Part shown: positions 40,722-52,757 of the stretch, piece after piece
Layout of the letters: every line of letters begins with the position of its first letter
How positions within the stretch are numbered: position 1 is the stretch's first letter
Assembly (NCBI RefSeq): GCF_001194135.2
Contig: NC_068984.1
Location: forward strand, 2,589,095-2,643,628
DNA length: 54,534 nt
Direction of reading: 5' to 3'
Source: Octopus bimaculoides
Lineage: Eukaryota
Position numbers and translations under genes: made by a program
Notes under the pieces: generated by a model
What the model was told of the DNA's origin: nothing
The model's database searches: none
Seen by the model: only the letters and a program-made list of their open reading frames with translations

Positions 40722-41102
40722 GGTGGATTATTTAAGACTTGGCTCTTATTTCTAGCAGCCAGATGCTCATTAAGCATCATTAAGATATTTCATAGCTCGA
40801 TAAAGCTATCATAACTGCGTTCCACCAATGCTACTACTGGTGATATCATCAAATTTTGAATTTATCCACAGATGATATGAACAGTAGTGACATCTAACTT
40901 CAAATCTCAGTGTTTGAATATTTCATTTAAATATTTATATATATATATATATGGGAGAATATACAAATAATAACAACAGACGAGGACAGGTGGTGTAAAT
41001 AACAAAAGGATATATTAGTATGACGCTCGGGAATACGGAAAGCCTTTGACGTTTCGAGCTACGCTCTTCAACAGAAAGAATACATCTATACTTTTTTATA
41101 TG

Positions 41103-41133
<31 letters not shown>

Positions 41134-41300
41134 TTTTGTGAGTCTGTGTTTGTCCCCCACCATCGCTTGACAACCCTGTAACTCAGTGGTTCGGCAAAAG
41201 AAGCCGATAGAATAAGTCCTGGTGTCAATTCGTTCGACGAATGGTGGTGCTCCAGCATGGCCGCAGTCAAGATGACTGAAGCAAATAGAAGTATAAAAGA
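40572..41300 (+). mobile_element. Bipartite SINE copy 5, split by an insertion of about 380 bp in its microsatellite
   Basis: 5' half 40572-40720 (ACCACATGGTTCCGGGTTCAG..GAAGCCCGCCGT-(TA)n). 3' half 41101-41300 ((TG)n-GTTTGTCCCCC..CCAGCATGGCCGCAGTC). Confidence 0.75.
41043..41079 (-). ncRNA. Minimal hammerhead-like motif (A6U core variant)
   Basis: TCTTT-CTGTTGA-A-GAGC-gta-GCTC-GAAA-C-G-T-C-AAAGG. 5-bp helix I, 4-bp helix II, palindromic ACGT helix III, GUC triplet. Confidence 0.55.
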
Positions 41301-41938
41301 ATATATTATTCTCCTGATTCGTGGGATAGGAATATGAATACACCAGAAGCAAGAAAGTTGGAAATTTCTAATAAAAGAAAATTAATGAAGCTTAGATGTT
41401 TGTATCCCACAACAGCCTGGACTCGGTCGTCATCTTGTTACTGTGAAAAATTGCACACCGTTCAATAAAGGTTGCCGGAATATTCGCGTTTCGCATTCAG
41501 ATCTTCTTTAACGTATGTTAGTTCAGCTGTTTTTGTGAAGCTCATTGACGACTTGTCGAATGTAGTTCTCTTCATTTTTCAGTACTAAGTTTATGTATTT
41601 ATGTTTGCTGTTTTTGTTTAGTAAGTCCGGTCTGTGAGAGTCTAAACGACATTCGAAGGCTCTGTACACTAATCTAAAGCCTTCATCTGTTCTTTGGTAG
41701 TGTCTGTTGATATCACTATTTCTGTGGAAATTTCCTGTTGATGTCAGGATCTTGAGGGCTTTCGTTTATATGGAGTGAAGTTTCCCTATAAACCAGTCAA
41801 TTATCCCAACGTTTGGAATCAACACTAGTACTTCAAAGGTATTGTGGGATATTGTCTTATTGTAAGAGGAAACTCCCGGCGGCCATATTTTTCTTAGTCT
41901 GGCATAATGTTCTTGGGTCATTCGATCTTTATTCGTAT

Positions 41939-42101
41939 AGGCGCAGGCGTGGTTGTGTGGTAAGAAACATGCTTCCTAACCACATGGTTCTGGCTTCGAT
42001 CCCACTGCATGGCATCTTGCGCAAGTGTCTTCTACTATAGCCTCGGGTCGACCAAAGCCTTGTGAGTAGATCGGGTAGACGGAAACTGAAAGAAGCTTGT
42101 C

Positions 42102-42132
<31 letters not shown>

Positions 42133-42345
42133 CTTGTATGTGTGTTTGGACCCCCCACCCAACCATCGCTTGACAGCCGGTGTAGATGTGCTTATGTCCC
42201 CGTAACTTAGTGGTTCGGCGGAAGAACCGATAGAATAAGCACGAAACTTAAAAAGAATAAGTCCAGGGGTCGATTTCTGCGACTAAAAGGCGGTGCTCCT
42301 GCATGGCCACAGTCAAATGACTGAAACAAGTAAAAGAGTAAAAAA
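41939..42345 (+). mobile_element. Bipartite SINE copy 6 (most complete)
   Basis: AGGCGCAGGCGTGGTTGTGTGGTAAG (A-box-like), GCTTCGATCCC (B-box-like), central (TA)(TG) tract, 3' GGGGTCGATTT..GCATGGCCACAGTCAAATGACTGAAACAAGTAAAAG. Confidence 0.92.
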
Positions 42346-42690
42346 GTATAGATGTATTCATCAAAACCTAGGCACTTATAGCATCCTTTGTGTGGAGCAG
42401 AGAAGACAGAAAAACCTTTGATGTACAGGGTTTCGGTCTGGGGGACTGATTTTCTTCGGTCTTATGTATGTCTGTATGTCTGTATGTATGTATGTGTGTA
42501 TACATGTATGTATGTGTGTATGTATGTATGCGTGTGTGTTTATAGGTATGTATGTGTGCATGTATGTGTGTATGTATGTATGTATGTGTGTATGTCTGTA
42601 TGTGTGTATGTATGTATGTATGTATGTATGTATGTCTGTATGTATGTATGTCTGTATGTCTGTATGTACGTATGTATGTATGTAGGTATG

Positions 42691-43032
42691 TCATTGTTCA
42701 GTTTTATATCAAGATTTCTTGCCAATAGAAAAAGAGCCGGTTTCTAACCTAGATCCAAGCCTCCTTCATTGGAATTTCAACAACATCAATAGGGTATTTT
42801 TGTATGCATGCACGTACGTATATGTGCAGATTTGTATGTTTTGCTTTATGTATGTATTCTCATTCATATAGTTACATATCTAGACTTGTTCATTTATATT
42901 TAAATGATAAACTTCTGGAAAGTTTTACAGACTTTTACAGTTCCAGCGATAGATTGGATCTGTAGTCTTCGAATTAGCTTTCTCCTTTCTGGTTTTGTGA
43001 AGCCTAATTTCTTAAGATTGATATTTAGGCAG
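42691..43032 (-). mobile_element. R4/Dong-like LINE, 5'-truncated 3' end including 3'UTR, flanked on both sides by (TATG)n
   Basis: Reverse complement matches 30700-30920 (CLNINLKKLGFTKPERRKLIRRLQIQSIAGTVKVCKTFQKFII*) and extends further to ATAAAACTGAACAATGA|CATAC. Arrays lie at 42462-42690 and 43036-43100. Confidence 0.88.
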
Positions 43033-43344
43033 TGTGTATGTATGTATGTATGTATGTATGTATGTATGTATGTATGTATGTATGTATGTATGTATGTATG
43101 TGTGTAAATGTATATATGTATATGCTTCTATGTAGGTACGTGTCTGTATGTATACATATAATAAATAATTGAAGCTATATATGAAAAGGTAAAACGTTAA
43201 CTGTCGAGAGTACTCAATACATTGAGTAGAAGAAAATATTTTATTTCCATGTTTCCTTATGATGTGTCTTTACGACTGACTGAAAGCAACGACAACTCGG
43301 TGAGTTGGCCGGAACGCCATGGAGTATGGGGTACCAAAAGAAAT

Positions 43345-43409
43345 GTGGGTGCCGCTACGTGGGTGCCATGAGCTACATGGGCGCCACGAGTTACGTGGGT
43401 GCCACAAGC
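43345..43409. repeat. 18-bp GC-rich minisatellite, about 4 units
   Basis: GTGGGTGCCGCTAC / GTGGGTGCCATGAGCTAC / ATGGGCGCCACGAGTTAC / GTGGGTGCCACAAGC. Confidence 0.85.
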
Positions 43410-43581
43410 GAGGGGAGTGCAAGATTACGTGATATTGATTTATTTCAAACACGAAGGGGCAGGGGAGTGAGAAAATAAAAAAATAAAATAAAATGCGAAT
43501 AGTCCTTGAATCGAATGAAGTTGTATTTTAAATCTTTGCAAAGGTGAATGAACAAAATATTTTTGAAGAATTATTTGCTGG

Positions 43582-43611
43582 GGTTCTAAAGTTTCTGGAA
43601 ACTTTAGAACC
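43582..43611. repeat. Perfect 14-bp inverted repeat with 2-nt spacer
   Basis: GGTTCTAAAGTTTC-TG-GAAACTTTAGAACC. Confidence 0.95.
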
Positions 43612-44057
43612 ATCAACGACAATATGTTGAGGTTTGCAAATTAAAATAATATTCATGATTGATTGAAGTGCGGCAAAAGGAGAGAAAGCGAAGCCTATGA
43701 AGATATGTAATGTTGGTGTCTGTGACATAATACTGATTAAAACTAGTCAGCAATTTTATCAAAAGTAATTTATGTAAAGAAAGATCGTTGTAGAAAGTGC
43801 TTCGAAAACATTTCGAGATCTAAAGTCGAGAGAGAGAAAAAAATGTTCTTTGAGAAGATAATGATGTTTTTTTTTTGCTTTCTTTTTGCTTCTGTTCTCT
43901 TGTTCATGTTCTTTAATGTTTTAGAAAATTCGTTGCATCAGCAGGAGATCAAAGGTTCGAACTTTCTGTCACCCTCCCAGGCTCCATCGATGTCTGGAAC
44001 AAAAATGTGTCACGATTATTGTCGGTTTATAAACACACACACACACACGCACACACG

Positions 44058-44093
<36 letters not shown>

Positions 44094-45021
44094 CTCTCTC
44101 TCTCTGTGTCTGTCTGTCTCTCTCTCTCACTGTGTGNNNNNNNNNNNNNNNNNNNNNNNNNNNNNNNNNNNNNNNNNNNNNNNNNNNNNNNNNNNNNNNN
44201 NNNNNNNNNNNNNNNNNNNNNNNNNNNNNNNNNNNNNNNNNNNNNNNNNNNNNNNNNNNNNNNNNNNNNNNNNNNNNNNNNNNNNNNNNNNNNNNNNNNN
44301 NNNNNNNNNNNNNNNNNNNNNNNNNNNNNNNNNNNNNNNNNNNNNNNNNNNNNNNNNNNNNNNNNNNNNNNNNNNNNNNNNNNNNNNNNNNNNNNNNNNN
44401 NNNNNNNNNNNNNNNNNNNNNNNNNNNNNNNNNNNNNNNNNNNNNNNNNNNNNNNNNNNNNNNNNNNNNNNNNNNNNNNNNNNNNNNNNNNNNNNNNNNN
44501 NNNNNNNNNNNNNNNNNNNNNNNNNNNNNNNNNNNNNNNNNNNNNNNNNNNNNNNNNNNNNNNNNNNNNNNNNNNNNNNNNNNNNNNNNNNNNNNNNNNN
44601 NNNNNNNNNNNNNNNNNNNNNNNNNNNNNNNNNNNNNNNNNNNNNNNNNNNNNNNNNNNNNNNNNNNNNNNNNNNNNNNNNNNNNNNNNNNNNNNNNNNN
44701 NNNNNNNNNNNNNNNNNNNNNNNNNNNNNNNNNNNNNNNNNNNNNNNNNNNNNNNNNNNNNNNNNNNNNNNNNNNNNNNNNNNNNNNNNNNNNNNNNNNN
44801 NNNNNNNNNNNNNNNNNNNNNNNNNNNNNNNNNNNNNNNNNNNNNNNNNNNNNNNNNNNNNNNNNNNNNNNNNNNNNNNNNNNNNNNNNNNNNNNNNNNN
44901 NNNNNNNNNNNNNNNNNNNNNNNNNNNNNNNNNNNNNNNNNNNNNNNNNNNNNNNNNNNNNNNNNNNNNNNNNNNNNNNNNNNNNNNNNNNNNNNNNNNN
45001 NNNNNNNNNNNNNNNNNNNNN

Positions 45022-46430
45022 NGTGTTTGGAATGGCATAGTTTACCTCATGGGCAGGTAGAAGCTCTTTAACCTTGGTTGGTAATCTACTTAGGAGAAGG
45101 AGATCTCTGAAATAAAACCTGAGGCCTTGGAAGTTCCTGGTTTTGTCAATTTTCATGTCACACCTGCGAAAGTCTTCTTTGGCCAATAAATGGGGGTAGT
45201 GCAGTGCAAGCTACACCCTCTGAAAATTATTCATCTGCACAGGTACTTCCTGTACTCCAAATCTTAGTAAAATCATTCAATTGGTTGGTTGGCAGAAACC
45301 TAGAAATGCACTTGTAACTTACTCTAAAATGTCTCAAACAGATTCAATAAATGGCAAAAAAGGCTTGGGAACATCAGGGGAACAGGTCTGGCTCGGCAGG
45401 TGTCCCAGTGTATCACAGACTGTACCCGGTCATCATCCTGCCACTGTGGTCAAACAATCTTCTAGAAAAAGTAAAAACAAACATCGTTTGAATTTCGGCT
45501 GTTGGAATGTGTGCACACTTCTTGATGATAATTTCAACAAGAGGCCAGAAAGGTGGACTGCACTTATTGCATGTGAGCTTAAAAAATATTCCCTTGATAT
45601 AGTTATGTTCTCTAAAACTCGTCTCTCTGGTGAGGGTCAAGTAAATGAACCTACTTATGGATATACTATCTTCTGGAGAGGCCTACCTAAGGGTCAGCGT
45701 AGAGAATCTGGTGTTGGGTTTGCTCTCAAGAATACGTTAGTATCCTCCATTGCAGAGCTTCCAAGTGGTATATCTGACCGGATCATGTCATGCCGTATTA
45801 AACTGACAAAAGGTAGGTTTCTTACCGTTGTCAGTATTTGTGCACCAACAATGTCTCATTCTGATGAAACTGTAGGACACTTTTATGATGATCTAGCACA
45901 ATTATTGAGGAAAGTACCAATTTCTGACAAGCTGGTCATTTTGGGAGATTTCAATGCAAGAGTTGGAAAGGACTGTTTCATGGCCTGTTTTAGGTCGAAA
46001 TGGGATTGGAAAATGCAATAATAATGGAGTAGTTCTTTTGACGTTTTGTTCTGAGAATAATCTGGTTGTCACCAACACTCTGTTTAAGCACAAAAAATAA
46101 ATATAAAGCCACCTGGATGCACCCAAGATCTAAGCACTGGCATCTCATAGATTATATTCTGATCAGAAAATGTGATATGAAAGACGTTTCTAGCGTTCGG
46201 GCCATGAGAGGGGCAGAGAGCTGGACTGACCATCATCTAGTGCGTGAGAAAATAAATTTTTCGATGATGCATAAAAATCGACAGTCTGGTCCTAAGGTAC
46301 CCAAAAAGTTAAATGTTGCAAACTTTAAATTATCAAGCAACTTGCAAAGATTTCACGATGCTATAGAAAGTATCAATCTTGATCCAAACAATCTATGGCA
46401 AGATTTCAAAACAAAAGGCTGCAAGTTCGT
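45022..46430 (+). mobile_element. RTE-clade LINE 5' part (UTR plus APE endonuclease), frameshifted
   Basis: RLNFGCWNVCTLLD..SKTRLSGEGQ..SGVGFA..SDRIM..CAPT..ILGDFNARVG / NLVVTNTLF / ATWMHPRSKHWHLIDYILIR..TDHHLV. These are classic RTE APE motifs. Confidence 0.92.
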
Positions 46431-46675
46431 CAGTGGGATTTCATATGTGTGGAGAAGAGGGTGGAGTGATTGTGTCTGGTAGTGACTCAATGACAATCGG
46501 TGGCCTTTCTTTGGAAATGGTTGAGGGTGGCTTCAAGATAGTAAGGAATAATTTAGCTTTACACTTCTTATTGCTTGTTTGCCTTTCCGAAAAACAAAAC
46601 ATTTAAACATGTAGGGAAGTCGAAATTCACTTTGGGTCACCATTAGAATTCAGACAGGGAGTAAATATCTTTAAT

Positions 46676-46875
46676 CTTTTACCTGTTTCAGTCATTAGAT
46701 TGCGGCCAAACTGGAGCACCGCATGGAAGAATTTTTTGCCGAATTAATCGAAACATAATACTTTAAAAAAAAAAAGACTGGTACTTATTCTATCAGTCAC
46801 TTTTTCAGAAACTCTACGTTCACCTACCAATACCGTTTGCCAAACGGTGGTAGGGAGAAAAACACAGATACAGAG

Positions 46876-46939
<64 letters not shown>

Positions 46940-47128
46940 GGACATATACGCATACTCACGCACATATATCTGCGACGGGTTTCTCTCAGTTTCCGTCTAC
47001 CAAATCTACTTACAAGGGTTTGGTGGGCCTGAAGATACTTCTCCAAGGTGCCCTGCAATAAGATTGAACTCTCCGAGAACCATGTGGTTGAGAAGCAAGC
47101 TTCTTACCACACAGCCACGCCTGCGCCT
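46676..47128 (-). mobile_element. Bipartite SINE copy 7
   Basis: Minus-strand head AGGCGCAGGCGTGGCTGTGTGGTAAGAAGCTTGC, internal (CA)n, 3' end AATGACTGAAACAGGTAAAAG. Confidence 0.85.
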
Positions 47129-47198
47129 ATTCATAAACCATCACTGAAGAGTAACTTCGAAATCACTATCACTTTCAAAAATACACGGCTGTCTTTGA

Positions 47199-47229
<31 letters not shown>

Positions 47230-47400
47230 AGTAGGAATGCAAGAGCGCTGAAAATAGCAGCCACAAGATTGGGATTCCTTTCAATCTTCTCTCTCCAAAT
47301 ATAGAGTTCGTGGATGCGTTTGCATTTTGTGTGTGCGCGTGTGAGTGTGTCTGAGTGCGTGCGTGTGAGTGTGTGAATGTGTCTCTGTGTGTGAATGTGT

Positions 47401-47452
<52 letters not shown>

Positions 47453-47617
47453 CAGTATTGCTGTGTGCTTGGAGATGTATATCTTTTGATTGCGATCGTG
47501 TAGATTCTACTACTGTCTGCTTCAGAAATTTCACTACTAAAAACATATGCTTAAACACACACACACATGCACACACACACACACGCACACACACACATAC
47601 ATACACACTCACACACG

Positions 47618-47648
<31 letters not shown>

Positions 47649-47989
47649 ACACACAGTATGTATGGCAGGAAGGAAGACAAAGAAACCATAAAAAGATGTC
47701 TTTATGTCAGCGTACAACTAATTTGTGAAAATGTTTAATTGGGTGTGCGTGCTCGCGCGCAGACACTATGCTCTATATTCAAACAGATGGGTTTCTGTGG
47801 TGCGTATGCGTGTGTGCGCATAGTTAGTGATATATATATGCATGCATATATTATATGTATGCGTGTGTGTGTGCGCAGACATATAAATATATATACATAG
47901 CTGTGTATGTCTGTGTATTTTCTATATTTTGCGTATTTATATTTGTATAAAACACTTAAGTAAATAACTATGTTGTTTCTATCTATGCT

Positions 47990-48046
<57 letters not shown>

Positions 48047-48672
48047 NNNNNNNNNNNNNNNNNNNNNNNNNNNNNNNNNNNNNNNNNNNNNNNNNNNNNN
48101 NNNNNNNNNNNNNNNNNNNNNNNNNNNNNNNNNNNNNNNNNNNNNNNNNNNNNNNNNNNNNNNNNNNNNNNNNNNNNNNNNNNNNNNNNNNNNNNNNNNN
48201 NNNNNNNNNNNNNNNNNNNNNNNNNNNNNNNNNNNNNNNNNNNNNNNNNNNNNNNNNNNNNNNNNNNNNNNNNNNNNNNNNNNNNNNNNNNNNNNNNNNN
48301 NNNNNNNNNNNNNNNNNNNNNNNNNNNNNNNNNNNNNNNNNNNNNNNNNNNNNNNNNNNNNNNNNNNNNNNNNNNNNNNNNNNNNNNNNNNNNNNNNNNN
48401 NNNNNNNNNNNNNNNNNNNNNNNNNNNNNNNNNNNNNNNNNNNNNNNNNNNNNNNNNNNNNNNNNNNNNNNNNNNNNNNNNNNNNNNNNNNNNNNNNNNN
48501 NNNNNNNNNNNNNNNNNNNNNNNNNNNNNNNNNNNNNNNNNNNNNNNNNNNNNNNNNNNNNNNNNNNNNNNNNNNNNNNNNNNNNNNNNNNNNNNNNNNN
48601 NNNNNNNNNNNNNNNNNNNNNNNNNNNNNNNNNNNNNNNNNNNNNNNNTATATATATATATATATATATATA

Positions 48673-50100
48673 TCACACCTCAATGTATTTGAGAGGGTGG
48701 TGAGATCACGGATAACCTACTTTCCTGACAGCAACAAACTGCTGAGCCCCAACCAGCATGGGTTCCGAAATGGAAGGACCTGCCTAACGCAGCTCCTGCA
48801 TCACCTTGTTGACATTTTGAGGGCCTTGGGAGAGGGCTCGAATACTGATGTCATCTACCTTGATTTCAGCAAGGCCTTAGACAGGGTGGATCATAAGATC
48901 CTCTTGAAGAAACTATCCAACATTGGTGTCTCTGGAAAGTTACTACAATGGATCGAGTGTTTCCTGACAGGCAGAACCCAACACGTTGTAGTCGAAGGAG
49001 TAAAATCACACCCAGCCAAAGTCAGTAGTGGTGTTCCTCAAGGCACTGATTTGGACCCACTTGTTTTCATCTTCTACGTCAATGACATTACTGACATCAT
49101 CAAGCACAGTAACATAAGAATCTTTGCAGATGATTCCAGTCTCCAGAATGTCATCAATGAAGTGGGTGAACGGGTATGCCTTCAGTCAGATCTACTGGCT
49201 GTCATCAAATGGGCGCAAAAGAACAATATGCTGCTGAAGGAGGACAAATTTGAATTAATCCTCTTCGGAAAAGAGGATACCCTGAAACTCCCATACTCCC
49301 TTCCTTCAGGCGAAACTCTCATGGCATCCAACAACATCGGAGACTTGGGAGTAATTGTGGACAACAACATAAGCTGGTCCGCTCATATAAACAGCAAAGT
49401 TGACATGGCCCACAGAATGTGTTCTGGGATTCTCAGAACTTTCTAGTCGAGAGATATCCACACCATTATCTTCCTCTTCTCCACTTTTGCCTGACCCCAC
49501 CTTGAATACTGTTGTCCACTGTGGTCTCCCCACACAAAACAAAGTATCATGAAAGTTGAAGCACCTTAAAGGTCAAATATGAAAAAGATACATGGCATGA
49601 CAGGCCTTGATGATTGGGGTCGACTAGAAAATCTCAAGCTTTATTCTATCCAACGCCGCTGTGAGCGCTACATCATCTGCATGATGTGGAAAATATGCCA
49701 TCAGCATTGCCCAAATGATGTTGGCATTACCTTTCAGATACACCCAAGGCTTGGGCCCCGTACTATCCACCCTCAACATAAATCATACTCGCATCACAAT
49801 TATTTCACCTCAATTGGCTCCGCTCTCTTTAACATTACACCAAAACACATTAAAGTAGAAACAGACCCCATAAATTTCACGAAGTCTTTGGACAAATTCC
49901 TTCAAGAAATCGCCAATAAACCTCCTACACCCGGATATGTCTCTATAAACAACAACTCTCTCCTCGAGTAGGGCTTGTTGACCGATTCCTGATTTGAATG
50001 ACTTTTCCAGGTGGTGCTATTAAGTTGGGCAAGGCCTGGGCCAATATTGGGCAAAACCTGACGCTGTAGTACATCTCCAGCGTTAGAAGCTGTGAAAGGT
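48673..50100 (+). mobile_element. CR1-like LINE 3' part (RT domain to stop and 3'UTR), with premature stops
   Basis: NQHGFRNGRTC..YLDFSKALDRVDH..SGVPQG..IFADD..DLGVIVD..HLEYCCPLWSP..LYSIQRR..LFNITP..KPPTPGY. Stops at 49444, 49492 and 49567. Confidence 0.95.
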
Positions 50101-50101
50101 C

Positions 50102-50166
<65 letters not shown>

Positions 50167-50223
50167 TAACAACAAGAACAACAACAAAAACAACAGCAAC
50201 AATAATAATAATAATAATAATAA
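50102..50223. repeat. (AAT)n/(AAC)n microsatellite
   Basis: Directly visible; a second (AAT)n lies at 50523-50580. Confidence 0.97.
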
Positions 50224-50237
50224 CGTTTAACTCCAAC

Positions 50238-50519
50238 CCACCAAATTTTTACTAAGAACTTGGCAAAAATAAAATAGACATCAATGCAGCACCACCAGCA
50301 GAAGAAGTGGAAGAATTTTGGAAAGAAATATGGTCAGCGAAGGAACAACCTCAGAAAAGGACCATTAAAACAACGAACTTAACACCTGAACAACTCTGGA
50401 CTCCTATAACTACTGAAGGGGTCATCCAGGCACTGCAAAGACTAAGCAACTGGAAGGCACCGGGGCACACAGAGCTGCGCTCGGTAGTGAAGTGAAAGCA
50501 CGCCAGAAAAATAAAACTA

Positions 50520-50525
<6 letters not shown>
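50238..50525 (+). mobile_element. R4/Dong-like fragment (RT N-terminal region joined to a putative 3' terminus) between two (TAA)n arrays
   Basis: KELGKNKIDINAAPPAEEVEEFWKEIW..ITTEGVIQALQRLSNWKAPG is typical of R4-group RT region 0. It is followed by about 60 bp ending ATAAAACTACTGAATAAT. Confidence 0.65.
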
Positions 50526-50575
<50 letters not shown>

Positions 50576-52221
50576 TAATGTTACATTTAAAAGATCCCAC
50601 GTATTGAGAGCAGGTCTTGAATAGAGGGAGTAGAATAAACCTTAAATACCCGAATCAGATCAAAGGGATAAAATTAAAGTCTCTGATTAGGGGGAAAATT
50701 ATTAAAATCAAGAATCTCAGACTACGAAGACTGCGAGGAGAGAAACCATTCTTCAGAGTTGAATGAAATTACCATTATAAGTAATTAAAGATAGTCGAAT
50801 GTTGTAAAATCAAAGAGCCAATATATTTGGCACCGATTAATAAATAAGCTAATCAGAAAACCCATTATAGACCAATATAATAAATATCCTAAATTTAAAC
50901 CAATAATTACTGCATTGATTTGTGTGGCACAGAGTCAATGTTCGAAACCTACGGCAAATATTGAAGTTCTGAGATAAACCTGATACTTGCGGTTAGATGG
51001 AGGCCTTGAGCATAATCGAAGAATGGACATTCGGAATGTTGTCAAGGTAAATATAAACGAAATATATAAAAACTTAATTAGTGTGGACATTCTATATTGG
51101 ATGTGTTCAATGTTTATAATATGAAGGAAAAAATTAAGAAAAAAAATGTCAGGGGAGATAAGTATGAAGCAGTCATAGAATATTATTGAAAAGTTATCCA
51201 TAAGCTTGTTAGTTCGCCCGTTATACTTTAGTTAGTTAGGGAGGTGGAGGTGGAGTGAATGAGAGGTGGAGTAAAAGTGTGTGTGTATGTGTGTGTGTGA
51301 GAAAGAGAGTGAGCGCGAGAGAGGAGAAATGTGAGTAGAGAAGAAATAAGAAAGGAGTGTAATAATACATTACGGCCAAATGAATCACGTGGTTAGTTGA
51401 AGGAAGAGGCGAAGAGCGGGAGAAAAAGACGGTGAGAGAAAAGTGGGAGAGAGAAGTGTTAATGACGTGCTGTAGGGTGGAGAGGGAAGGGTGAAGAGAA
51501 AGAGAGAAATATTAAAGACATGAAGAGGGAATTAGATGGTTAAAAAGTTTGTTGAAGAGGTAGAGAGAAAGCGAGAAATATAAAGTGATTTGCAGAGGGA
51601 AATTTTAAAGTCACTTACTGTTATAGTTTCTTCAATGAGAATATTGACCAAGGTTACCGTGGTCTTTTCCGTAGGCATTTCTTTCCACGGCCAAACCTAA
51701 ACTGTCCTCCCCTCTTTTTACACGAGAACATTGCTGTGATACTCGATCCCTATTGATCGCCTTTTTTTTTAATCTCTCGACCCCTTTTTATCGAACTCCC
51801 CCCCTTTTTCCCTTCCTACGATCCCTTTTGATCGACACACCCCTATTTTTTTTCCTTCCCCCTCCCAAAAAGAAAAGCTCTACATTGTATTTGTCCCATC
51901 TTTGTTGAGCCCTGTGTGGCTAATAAAAGAAATGTATCTATCTATCTATCTACACGCATACATTCATACATTACACATATACATACACACGTATATTTTA
52001 GCATATATATAGTATAATGTGTATATGCGTGTGTGAGATGGTAACATGCACATATGTTTTGCATGCGTGTGCGTGCGTGTGTGTGCGTGTGTGTGTGCAC
52101 ACGCACGCACGCGCGTTTTATATAATGCACAACTTGCTATGCTTGGAAGGAAACGACTGTGTGTAGTAGCACATTCGATTTTAATCAGTATATATATATA
52201 TATATTACACATGCACACACA

Positions 52222-52259
<38 letters not shown>

Positions 52260-52424
52260 TGTATGCACAAACACGTGCACACATACACATACAGAACATA
52301 TCCTTATAGCTATATGCATATATATGCCTGCATGTATATATATATGTATATGGTTATATGTGTGTGTGTATCTATATATTATGCGCATGGATGTATGTTT
52401 ATACACATGCATATACATACATAC

Positions 52425-52526
<102 letters not shown>

Positions 52527-52757
52527 GTTTGTATTACTCGTAATTTGTAAGCTTATATATACATATATATATATGTGTGTGCGTGTGTGCGTGTGTGTGT
52601 GTATACGCAACACACACACAGACGCAGAGACATACACACAGACACAGATGTATATGTATGCATATGCTGGTGTGTGTGTGTAAATATTTTTGTCCGTGTG
52701 TGTGCGTTGTGCGCGAGAAGCTCTCAGCACCGTCTGTGAGTTGAGTGTTAACGGAAA

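Noticed and set aside
43326-43440. VGAMSY/MGATSY peptide repeat with apparently synonymous variation
   Set aside because: Most differences are CpG transitions that happen to fall at third positions. The ORF is short with no splice support. The units are adjacent with no spacers, so it is not CRISPR either.
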